A DNA stretch of 32,000 nucleotides, from contig NC_010296.1 in the NCBI RefSeq assembly GCF_000010625.1, positions 5,580,001 through 5,612,000 on the forward strand, in the 5' to 3' direction. Origin of the DNA: Microcystis aeruginosa NIES-843. GTDB taxonomy: Bacteria > Cyanobacteriota > Cyanobacteriia > Cyanobacteriales > Microcystaceae. Position numbers and translations under genes: made by a program. Numbering within the stretch: position 1 is the stretch's first letter; every line of letters begins with the position of its first letter. Positions 1-8,031 of this stretch are shown here, piece by piece. The notes beneath the pieces are model-generated. The model did not search any database and was not told the origin of the DNA. It saw nothing but the letters and a program-made list of their open reading frames with translations.

Positions 1-830
1 GCCGCGCAAAGATTGGCACCGGAAGAAATCCCCGAAAGCAACCCTTCCTCTTTTGCCAGACGACGACCAAATTGAAAAGCTTCCTCATCACTGACAGTAA
101 TTACCTCATCAATCAGATCTGTGCGTAAAACTTCTGGAATAAAACCTGCACCGATACCTTGAATTTTATGGGGACCGGGATTACCACCAGAAATCACTGG
201 ACTATTGAAAGGTTCCACCGCGACTACTTGAAAACTAGGTTTACGGGATTTAATTACTTCAGCGACTCCCGTAATCGTGCCGCCAGTACCCACACCCGCA
301 ACAATAAAATCTACCTGTCCCTCCGTATCTTGCCAAATTTCCTCAGCAGTGGTGAGACGGTGAATTTCCGGGTTAGAAGGGTTGCGAAATTGTTGCAACA
401 TATAAGCGTCGGGGATACTATCGACGATTTGTTGAGCGCGTAAAATTGCCCCTTTCATACCTTGGGAACCGGGGGTAAGTTCTAGGGTAGCACCGTAGGC
501 TTTTAACATCGCCCGGCGCTCTAAACTCATCGTTTCCGGCATAGTTAAAATTAAGCGATAACCCTTAGCTGCCGCAGTCATCGCTAGAGCAATTCCCGTA
601 TTGCCAGAAGTGGGTTCCACTAAAACCGTGGTTTCTGGATTGATTAAACCCGCTTTTTCGGCGCTATTAATCATGTGAGTGCCAATGCGGTCTTTGACGG
701 AAGCAGCGGGATTCATCCCTTCTAATTTCATCACAATTCGGCCAAGACAGCCCTCCGCTTGGGGAATCCGATTCAATTGTACTAAAGGTGTGCGGCCAAC
801 CAATTCGGTGACATCGTGAGCGATACGCAT
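1..830 (-). CDS. cysK: Cysteine synthase A (O-acetylserine sulfhydrylase), partial; the C-terminus lies outside the window
   Basis: The minus-strand ORF runs off the left edge, which is why it is absent from the ORF track. The reverse complement of 781-830 reads [23 protein letters not shown]. Further in are [11 protein letters not shown] (PLP lysine region) and [11 protein letters not shown], and the edge reads [23 protein letters not shown]. Confidence 0.9.
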   Translation of the reverse strand, partial: MRIAHDVTELVGRTPLVQLNRIPQAEGCLGRIVMKLEGMNPAASVKDRIGTHMINSAEKAGLINPETTVLVEPTSGNTGIALAMTAAAKGYRLILTMPETMSLERRAMLKAYGATLELTPGSQGMKGAILRAQQIVDSIPDAYMLQQFRNPSNPEIHRLTTAEEIWQDTEGQVDFIVAGVGTGGTITGVAEVIKSRKPSFQVVAVEPFNSPVISGGNPGPHKIQGIGAGFIPEVLRTDLIDEVITVSDEEAFQFGRRLAKEEGLLSGISSGANLCA

Positions 831-1117
831 GATATTTTCTCAGTCTGGGTGATTCGTGTGCTTAGTTATAGCGGTGAGCTCTCAGCTTTAGCGTTTGAGA
901 ATTTCCTCACTAGCCAAGGAGGCGCTATATAGCTCACTTATAGCAAAGGCCAGCCCTAGATCGGCAAAATTTCCATTTTCCTTTGTTTCTTCAGTCGGTC
1001 CGAGTTGATTCCCAGAGACAGGCAAAACTACCATGACCGATAAGATTGCTTTTTTCCAAAAGCTTATACTTGTACTAAAATAATTATGGATAGTTTACTA
1101 AAGTCAGAATTACGGTC

Positions 1118-1306
1118 ATGACTATTAAATCTAATCTAGCCCTATTGAAAGAACAACACATAGAAATTAAGGGCGGATATTCTAGAGTAGTTATGATAAT
1201 GTATAAAGATCAATATAAAGAAAAGGAATCCAAAGATAAAACCATCGCTCAGAAATTTAATACCTATCATTTTGTAAAGTATAAAGAGCAAGTGGTTGAC
1301 TTATAG
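1118..1306 (+). CDS. Hypothetical small lysine-rich protein (62 aa)
   Basis: This is an ORF-track entry only. I recognise no motif and see no clear ribosome-binding site. It lies in an AT-rich intergenic region. Confidence 0.2.
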   Translation: MTIKSNLALLKEQHIEIKGGYSRVVMIMYKDQYKEKESKDKTIAQKFNTYHFVKYKEQVVDL

Positions 1307-1311
1307 CAATT

Positions 1312-1395
1312 CCCATAGTTGTGAGGTACAGAGTCTTAGGTTTTGAGGAGTCAGGAGTCAGGAGTTAAGATTTTGGTGTACCTCATGAGATTGGG
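1312..1395. repeat. MITE-like hairpin element carrying a GGAGTCA heptamer repeat
   Basis: The imperfect terminal inverted repeats are CCCATAGTTGTGAGGTACA (1312-1330) and TGTACCTCATGAGATTGGG (1377-1395). The core contains GGAGTCAGGAGTCAGGAGT (1346-1364). Confidence 0.4.
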
Positions 1396-1492
1396 AAACG
1401 CTATATTAACCCGTGGGTGTACCGTTAGCGTCGAGACAAGGACAATTATCGAGGAGATGAAAAAATTATCATAAAATATCCTGTGAGATGCG

Positions 1493-2947
1493 TTACTTAG
1501 CTGCGTTAGCGTTAGTAATACACCCTAATTCTGATAAATTCAAACTATTTAAAATACGGGTTTTTATTGGTCTTTTTTCATCCCAGAATATCAGAGATGA
1601 ATAAAATTCCATCGCTAGGGAAGAATTGAGAAGCTGTAGTGTTTTCTGAGCAGTATCTAAATCATCAAAGCTTAAGAAGTAAACAGTATCATCGAAAATA
1701 ACTGGTTGATTTTGATAGGGTGATATAAGTTGAAAATTCAGTTTCTTATAAAGTCCAGAAATGGCAATTTTAAAAGGAGAGAAGGTGTAAGAACCAACGC
1801 CGAATATAGAAAAATCTGGTTGATTTTGATAGATTTTGCTTTTTCTATTCCCAAAGTAATCTACATGATTAACTAGATACTGCCAAGTTTTTGGCGCTAT
1901 ATCTCGCATATTTTCTGTAGATTCACCAATAAACTTCTGAGTTACTAAAACGTATTTATTGATAATTTCTAGGCGATTTTGTGCCACATCTGAACCTTTA
2001 AGGAGAGGATAAAGATAGGTGGTTTCAATATCAACGATTTCCTTTAAACCATTGACAAAAATTCCATTAACTAACTGCAATTCCATGACTTTTGAGCAAT
2101 CATGTTTAATACCTGAACGCCATTTTTCTACTAGAGGATGCCGATGATATAACTTCTCTAGTCTGATAAAAGTATTTAAATCTCTGACTAGAATATCATT
2201 TTGATAACCAATACGCTGAAACTCCCTTTCCTCAAAACTCTTGAAAACATCACAAAAGTAATTTTCTGATTGAGAATCAAATTGACAAAATAGGAGACAA
2301 GCATCTACATTAGCTTGAAAATATTTTTGAGTGTTTATCGGATAAATTGCCGAATAGGTGAGATTAATTTTCTGAGTATAAATATAGTTCAAAATTTTTC
2401 TAGAAACGGCTGTTTTGCAGATAATTGCCAGATAAGCTGAACGATGATTAAGACATTCAATCAATTTAATTAACATCCATTCTGAAATATCAAAGTTACT
2501 TTTTCCTGTGATAGCATCTAAACCATGATAACCTTGAGAGTTACTTTTTTGCGGTAAATTGCTACCATTAATCAATCCCTGTTTTGAGTTTGTTATCCAA
2601 GGTAGATTCCCCAAGAATAAAATATTCTCTTTCCATGCTTGAGTTAGAGCATTCCAATCACAGTCAAAAAAATTATTTTGATGAACTTGTATTCTTGTAT
2701 CTTGGCATAATTGCTCATCTTGGGCTATCTGTGCAACATAATTAGGATTAATTTCAAAGCCAAGAATTTTTTCAGTTTGTTTGAAGGTAACTGCTGCCGA
2801 TTTTAAAAAGTTTCCTGTACCACAAGTTGGCTCAATAATTACCTTGGGATTAACATTTATTTGTGATAACTTTTGGCAAATCTTTTCGGCTAACTCTAAA
2901 GGAGTTTGAAAGTCGCCGTATTCAACTTTAACTGGAGAAACTGACAT
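1493..2947 (-). CDS. Type II N6-adenine DNA methyltransferase (gamma-class, TaqI/Eco57I-like)
   Basis: The 484-aa ORF has the motif order FQTP (motif X), IIEPTCGTGNFL (SAM-binding motif I) and then GNLPW (an NPPY-type catalytic motif IV variant). Its start codon lies 2 nt after the stop of the upstream endonuclease gene. Confidence 0.8.
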   Translation of the reverse strand: MSVSPVKVEYGDFQTPLELAEKICQKLSQINVNPKVIIEPTCGTGNFLKSAAVTFKQTEKILGFEINPNYVAQIAQDEQLCQDTRIQVHQNNFFDCDWNALTQAWKENILFLGNLPWITNSKQGLINGSNLPQKSNSQGYHGLDAITGKSNFDISEWMLIKLIECLNHRSAYLAIICKTAVSRKILNYIYTQKINLTYSAIYPINTQKYFQANVDACLLFCQFDSQSENYFCDVFKSFEEREFQRIGYQNDILVRDLNTFIRLEKLYHRHPLVEKWRSGIKHDCSKVMELQLVNGIFVNGLKEIVDIETTYLYPLLKGSDVAQNRLEIINKYVLVTQKFIGESTENMRDIAPKTWQYLVNHVDYFGNRKSKIYQNQPDFSIFGVGSYTFSPFKIAISGLYKKLNFQLISPYQNQPVIFDDTVYFLSFDDLDTAQKTLQLLNSSLAMEFYSSLIFWDEKRPIKTRILNSLNLSELGCITNANAAK

Positions 2948-3154
2948 TACTAATTCTCTCTATAAATAGCGATTAATCCTTCTTCTTGACCAGCAAGATC
3001 AATTACTCTAGTATATTGTAGTCTCCACTGTAAGGCGTTGGAAATGGTTAAAAATCCTTGTACTGGAGGATTAGCAAGAATTTCATCGGCTATATTGGCT
3101 GCTTCCATTTCATCAACGGGTAAGTTTTTATCTAACATAAAGGCAATTAAATCA

Positions 3155-4576
3155 GGCTCTTCGGGAATTGTTATGCAAATAATTAACTTAAAATAAAATT
3201 CGATGAGAGCAACTACGCTCAAAAGTAGCTGAAATTCATACAGGAAAGGACTTAAGGCACAAATAGATTAATACCAAAAGATAGACAATCGAGTTAAGAT
3301 TTGATATAATAGCCAAAAACGAGATTATTTTACTTATGATACTTGACAAATTTTTGAACCTACAAGGAACCTGTATTCAAGGCTATCGACACCTAGAAAA
3401 TATCGGTATAGTTTTCCAAATCGAATCGAAAAATAAAAAAGCAGCCTGTCCTCGTTGTGGGTTAGAGAGCGATAAACTTCACCAAAATCATCGACATTTA
3501 GTCAAAGATTTACCGCTCTCAGGTCAACCAGTGTACCTACAAGTTAATCGTCGTCAATTTAAGTGCGGTAATTGTCAGAAACCCTTTAGCGAAGAGTTAG
3601 ATTTTGTCGCCAAGAAACGAACCTATACGAAAAGACTAGCCGAGAATATACTCGAACAATTAAAAGAAGGAGATATTTTAAATGTTAGTCGAAGAAATGA
3701 CGTAACGGAAGAAGAGATTCAAAGAATGATAGAGGACATAGCTGAAGAAATTACAGAGACAGACCTATCGAAATTAAAAAGACTAGGAATTGACGAAATC
3801 GCTCTAGTCAAAGGACAAAAAAATTACTGTGCGGTTTTAGTAAATTTAGATACGGGAAAACTAATAGCTATTCTAGAGAAGCGAACACAAGAAGAATTGA
3901 GGGAAACGCTTACAGGGTGGGGAAAAGAGGTGTTAGAGCAAATTGAAGAAGTCAGCATAGACCTTTGGTTGCCCTATAAAAATTTGGTGAAAGAATTGAT
4001 GCCATCGGCCGAGGTAGTCGCCGATAGATTCCATGTAATGAAACAAATTAATCAAGAGTTAGACGAACAAAGAAAAGCAGAAAAAAGAGCCGTAGAAGCG
4101 CAGAGAAATAAAAAACAGAAAGCGGAAAAAGAAGCGAAGCTAGAAGTTTTAAAGCGAAGTAAATATAGCTTGTTAAAAAATGAAAAAGATTTAACGGAAA
4201 CCCAAAAAATCAAACTAGAAGCTATCAAAGAAAATTTCCCAAATTTGAAAAAGATGCACGAGTTAAAGGAAGAATTTAGAAAGATTTATGAAACCTCAGA
4301 GAATCCGACAGAAGGACTGCTATCCATCTCGGACTGGTTGGCAAAATCCTCCAGTGTTTTTACCAAGAGTTGTCAAACAATCCGAAACTGGTTTGGAGAA
4401 ATCATTAGTTATTTCGAGCGAAGGACAACTAATGGGGTGGTCGAGGGAATCAACAATAAACTTAAACTAATAAAACGGAGAAGCTATGGCTTTAGAAACT
4501 TTCGGAATTTTTGGGTTAGAAGTATGTTGTCTTGGCATCTTGTCTGTTGATTTAGCATAAAGGGTAACGAAGAGCC
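3155..4576 (+). mobile_element. Complete ISL3-family insertion sequence (1422 bp)
   Basis: The left inverted repeat is GGCTCTTCGGGAATTGTTATGCAAAT. The right end, reverse-complemented, is GGCTCTTCGTTACCCTTTATGCTAAAT. The 8-bp TSD TTAAATCA occurs at 3147-3154 and 4577-4584. Confidence 0.9.
3336..4550 (+). CDS. ISL3 family transposase
   Basis: The 404-aa ORF has an N-terminal CPRCG...CGNC zinc finger, a DDE region (IDEIALVKGQKNY..., ADRFHVMK) and the C-terminal TNGVVEGINNKLKLIKRRSYGFRNFRNF signature of ISL3 transposases. Confidence 0.9.
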   Translation: MILDKFLNLQGTCIQGYRHLENIGIVFQIESKNKKAACPRCGLESDKLHQNHRHLVKDLPLSGQPVYLQVNRRQFKCGNCQKPFSEELDFVAKKRTYTKRLAENILEQLKEGDILNVSRRNDVTEEEIQRMIEDIAEEITETDLSKLKRLGIDEIALVKGQKNYCAVLVNLDTGKLIAILEKRTQEELRETLTGWGKEVLEQIEEVSIDLWLPYKNLVKELMPSAEVVADRFHVMKQINQELDEQRKAEKRAVEAQRNKKQKAEKEAKLEVLKRSKYSLLKNEKDLTETQKIKLEAIKENFPNLKKMHELKEEFRKIYETSENPTEGLLSISDWLAKSSSVFTKSCQTIRNWFGEIISYFERRTTNGVVEGINNKLKLIKRRSYGFRNFRNFWVRSMLSWHLVC

Positions 4577-5135
4577 TTAAATCATCTTTGTTACCCTGAT
4601 TGTTTAAGATGTTGCGGATACCACGAGTCATCTGGAAATCAGCTGTTCTTTCAGCCGATACAAAAATTGTCGTGATCATTCTTAAATTGGCAGTGCGATT
4701 GAGACTATTATCTAACTTTTCATAAACAAAAATAATTAAGGAATATCCTAAGCCAAAAATCTTTTGTCTTGCGGATTTAAAAGGACAAGATGATTGTGGT
4801 TGTTTAGTACTGGTTACTTTTATATCAACCAGCAACTCAGGAAAATCGATACCACTGGCTGCATTACCCTCAACAAAATCATATTTTTCTTTTAGATATA
4901 GTTTAAACTTTTGTTCTAAGTAGGTTCCGATCGCTTTACCATCTGTAACACCGTAGAGCGAAGCTTCTTGATGTTGAGACTCTAAAGCTGAAAATATAGC
5001 CGCCTCATTACCTAAAGATTCTTGGGTTAATCTTGACATATATAGCTAAATTAATTAATCTCCTCGTTTTTTCTATCTGACAAAATTAGCAAGCTTTCTT
5101 AATTATAAGTCAACTGCCATCTATGTAATACATCG

Positions 5136-5322
5136 GGTTCTTCGTTACTTGGTATGGTTCGATAGGGGGGCATAAATCGACTAAATCCTTATCTGGTAAG
5201 AGACTTAATTGATTAGTTCGCTCTAGATCAAAAACAATTGACAAAAATCGCTAAATGCCTTTCTATATAAGGTTTACATCCCTTATAACTCCCGTCCATT
5301 GCATAACACAAACCGAAGAGCC
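5136..5322. mobile_element. 187-bp MITE derived from an ISL3-type element (copy 1)
   Basis: Its ends are GGTTCTTCGTTAC... and ...CCGAAGAGCC. The 8-bp TSD ATACATCG occurs at 5128-5135 and 5323-5330. It has no ORF. A near-identical inverted copy lies at 22595-22781. Confidence 0.85.
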
Positions 5323-5895
5323 ATACATCGCTGTGAAGCTTGAGACAAAATATTATCGCTCATAGTTTTTTCTTAATATGAGATCGAGAAAAGTAGTCCT
5401 GTGACTTGGGATTAGCTTTGCTCAAGACTTTTAAATTAACTAAAATTATCGCGCACAACCCTTGTCTAAAACCTATCCCTTATAGAGATCTTTCTTAACA
5501 ATTTGGTCAGTAAGGACTCTAACCCTTATCCTGACTTGATTTCAGTTTTTTCTTTGTCATTAAGGGTGTCAACAAGGAATATTACAGATTGTTAACCGAG
5601 TCTTGAAAGCCCTGTGCTACAAAGGTTTGAAATGTTAAGAAAGATGTGACTAATGGACAGGTCTAAAACCTCGCTCCTGGTTGGCGAAAAGTTTTTGGAG
5701 CGGAGTATAAATCCCCGTTACAAAAACGGACTCCTGCCCTCCGCTTCCTGCCTTCGTTAATTATTAACATAGACCGGGCGATGGTGGGGGAAAGAGGGTG
5801 AGTGCCCAAGGTCAAACCCGAAACCTAGCTGCTAACAACCGAAAAAGTTGGGTTAGTATGAGGGGAGATACCCTCTGAGGAGTTGCACTAATTAT

Positions 5896-6018
5896 ATGGA
5901 CATCAAATTAATCTTGTTGGCATTGACGGCCGTATTCACCGTCTCTTGTCTCTTTTTCGGCACCCGCAACGGTTTTTACGATAGCGATAACTACGATGGC
6001 AACGGTTCCGCTCACTAA
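5896..6018 (+). CDS. Candidate 40-aa single-pass membrane protein
   Basis: The ORF ATG..TAA reads MDIKLILLALTAVFTVSCLFFGTRNGFYDSDNYDGNGSAH, with a hydrophobic helix and an acidic/polar tail. A GAGGAG lies about 15 nt upstream. The ORF ends 24 nt before the MBL-fold gene on the same strand. It is below the ORF-track size cutoff. Confidence 0.4.
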   Translation: MDIKLILLALTAVFTVSCLFFGTRNGFYDSDNYDGNGSAH

Positions 6019-6042
6019 CCAGTCATCATAATCAGGGTTGCC

Positions 6043-7683
6043 ATGGTTCAACGCTCTACTGCCGTCTGGGGGTCAAAATCCCTTTTATCCTGTTTACCTT
6101 TTGGTGTCGGTCACGCGTCAGAAGGGGTTTGTCTCCTCCTGACAATCGGTCCCTATCGCCTACTTTTAGATTGCGGTTTGGCCGATATGCAACCCCTCAC
6201 CCAAAACAAAAAACCACCCGTGGATCTGGTGTTCTGTAGTCATGCCCACAGCGATCACATCCGTGGGTTAATGGCTCTCCATCAGACCTATCCCCAATTG
6301 CCAGTTTATGCCAGTGAGGTGACAGTACAACTGCTGCCCCTACAATGGCCCGATTCTGCCGAGGAAATCGGTAGTTTCTGTCAGGGTTGGCCATGGCGAT
6401 CGCCGATCGCTCTCTTTGATGATCTCACCGTCGAGATTTTTCCAGCTGGCCACCTCCCTGGGGCTGCCGTGGTCCTCTTCACCTACAAAACCCCCAAACG
6501 CACCTATAAGGTCCTCTATACCGGCGATTTTTCCCTGTCTAATTTTCAACTGGTGGAAGGATTATCGATCGATCTGCTGCGGGGAGTATCCCCCGATGTG
6601 CTGATTATTGAAGGCAGTTACGGCACAGAGCGCCATCCCCACCGACGACAGCAGGAAAAACAGTTGATGAATCGCATCTATCATGCGATCGCTGAGGGGC
6701 AAAATGTCTTACTACCCGTCCCCGCTTTGGGATTGGGTCAGGAAATTTTAAAATTACTGCGGTCGCACCACCAATTCACAGGCCGCGACATTGATATCTG
6801 GGTTGGGGGCAAGATCGCTAAAGCTTGCGATGCCTACCTGGAAATTTTACCACAATTTCCCGCATCTGTGCAAAATTTTGCCAAACATCAGCCCTTATTT
6901 TGGGATGAGCGCATCTGTCCCCGGTTGCGAAGGTTGCCAGAAAAACCGACACCTCTAGGGGGAACCACTCCGATAATTTTACTAATCGATCGCCTAGAGG
7001 AGGTGAGTAAATATCTGCAAGGGGATAAACCTTGGTTAATGTTAGCTCCCCAACACCTGCACGATATCAACCTGGAGAATCCCCGATTAAAAGCGACACA
7101 GCGTTCGCAATTAATTAGCCAAGAAACCTATCTACTGGCCGAACATAGCGATAGTCGCAACACCACCCAACTGATCCATAACCTGCGACCACAGCATATC
7201 ATGTTCGTCCATGGCTCGCCCCTATATCTAGCGGATTTGACCAGTTTAGAAGAATTACAAAGCCGTTATCAACTCCATTCCCCGGCCGTGGGAACTCTGG
7301 TGGAATTGCCTATTGGCGATCGCTTTATGCAACCGACACCCCCGGCCCCCAGCCACTATGAGGGAGAATTAAATGAATCGGATTCGACCGTCACTATCAC
7401 CTTACCAGAGCCGATCACCCGGGATCCCCGGTGGAGTAATTTCGCCGATACGGGACTGGTGGAAGCGCGCTGGCAAGGGGAAGAATTATTATTGCGGGGA
7501 GTCTCCCAACGGGAATTATTAAGCGAGAGTCCCAATCGCATCACCAAAGCTTTAGAGGAGATGGATTGCTGTCGTGTCTGTGTCCACTACAAAAGTCAGC
7601 GCTGTTGGAATCCCGCTTCTCCCCTCTACGGTTTTAAAGTGGTTCCCGAAGGCTATTGTCCCGTTTTTGAGGCCAATATATAA
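6043..7683 (+). CDS. MBL-fold metallo-hydrolase (beta-CASP/RNase-like) with a Cys-rich C-terminal domain
   Basis: The 546-aa ORF has the metallo-beta-lactamase motif CSHAHSDHIRG, later YTGDFS and EGSYG motifs, and a C-terminal CCRVCVHY...RCW...YCP cysteine cluster. It contains three HIP1 sites. Confidence 0.8.
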   Translation: MVQRSTAVWGSKSLLSCLPFGVGHASEGVCLLLTIGPYRLLLDCGLADMQPLTQNKKPPVDLVFCSHAHSDHIRGLMALHQTYPQLPVYASEVTVQLLPLQWPDSAEEIGSFCQGWPWRSPIALFDDLTVEIFPAGHLPGAAVVLFTYKTPKRTYKVLYTGDFSLSNFQLVEGLSIDLLRGVSPDVLIIEGSYGTERHPHRRQQEKQLMNRIYHAIAEGQNVLLPVPALGLGQEILKLLRSHHQFTGRDIDIWVGGKIAKACDAYLEILPQFPASVQNFAKHQPLFWDERICPRLRRLPEKPTPLGGTTPIILLIDRLEEVSKYLQGDKPWLMLAPQHLHDINLENPRLKATQRSQLISQETYLLAEHSDSRNTTQLIHNLRPQHIMFVHGSPLYLADLTSLEELQSRYQLHSPAVGTLVELPIGDRFMQPTPPAPSHYEGELNESDSTVTITLPEPITRDPRWSNFADTGLVEARWQGEELLLRGVSQRELLSESPNRITKALEEMDCCRVCVHYKSQRCWNPASPLYGFKVVPEGYCPVFEANI

Positions 7684-7686
7684 TTA

Positions 7687-7907
7687 GGGTCTGCTGAATA
7701 AATCTAAAAACCTTGTTGGATAAGACTTTTGGACTTTTTTCCCCTCAAAAAGTGCCAGCCATTGCGGGGATCGGGGGGAAAATTCCTGGACTTTTTCCCA
7801 GAAAATTAGGTAGTTGACCACCTGAAAATCGATAAAACCCCACACCCCACACCCCACACCCCACACCCCACACCCTGTCCCCAGGAAAAGCTTTTTGCCG
7901 CAAACCC
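7687..7907. mobile_element. 221-bp MITE of the GGGTYTGCTGAATAA-terminus family (copy A)
   Basis: The left end is GGGTCTGCTGAATAAATC and the right end is degenerate (...TTTGCCGCAAACCC). The 6-bp TSD TAATTA occurs at 7681-7686 and 7908-7913. Its interior is co-linear with the inverted copy at 28874-29065. Confidence 0.7.
7838..7872. repeat. Heptanucleotide tandem repeat (CCCCACA)x5 inside MITE copy A
   Basis: I counted five consecutive CCCCACA units directly. The homologous position in copy B (28874-29065) has only a single degenerate unit. Confidence 0.9.
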
Positions 7908-8031
7908 TAATTAGGGTCTGCGGCAAAAAGTTCCTAACCGTAATTCCCCTGCTGCTGTCCTTCGACCTGATTCTTACCGAGAAGGAGATCAAGTCAAAAA
8001 AAGAACCCTTGCCAAAATCTGAAACTGGCTC

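Larger units (their letters stand above)
2950..5039 (-). pseudogene. Type II restriction endonuclease (PD-(D/E)XK-like), disrupted by an ISL3 insertion
   Basis: ORF 4467..5039 has a candidate GIDFPELLVDIKV D...(D/E)xK motif and reads into the IS after ...NNQGNKDDL. ORF 2950..3222 continues with IAFMLDKNLPVDEM...IYREN. Removing 3155-4576 plus one TSD copy gives a 660-bp (219-aa) in-frame gene. Confidence 0.7.

Noticed and set aside
4288-4576. ORF 4288..4470 (plus strand), and the last ~37 codons of ORF 4467..5039 (minus strand), which overlap the transposase gene.
   Set aside because: The first is an alternative frame inside the ISL3 transposase gene. The second is read-through of the truncated endonuclease gene into the IS end (from 4576 leftwards), not native coding sequence.
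5145-5175. A GGTATGGTTCGATAGGGGG segment reminiscent of a tRNA T-arm (GGTTCGA).
   Set aside because: It lies inside the ISL3-derived MITE and recurs in the second copy. No acceptor stem, anticodon arm or CCA-compatible 3' end can be drawn around it.
5463-5670. A 13-bp inverted repeat ATCTTTCTTAACA / TGTTAAGAAAGAT (5488-5500 and 5632-5644), with a nearby direct repeat GTCTAAAACCT (about 5464-5474 and 5660-5670), which could be another MITE.
   Set aside because: The direct repeats are not adjacent to the inverted repeats, there is no second copy in the window, and the arms are short. The evidence is insufficient to call a mobile element. It would need a genome-wide repeat search.
6197-7547. 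Five small ORFs overlapping the MBL-fold hydrolase gene (6197..6394, 6340..6549, 6416..6604, 6888..7070, 7356..7547).
   Set aside because: They lie entirely within a well-supported 546-aa ORF, in other frames or on the other strand. They have no motifs, and this gene is locally GC-rich, which favours spurious open frames.
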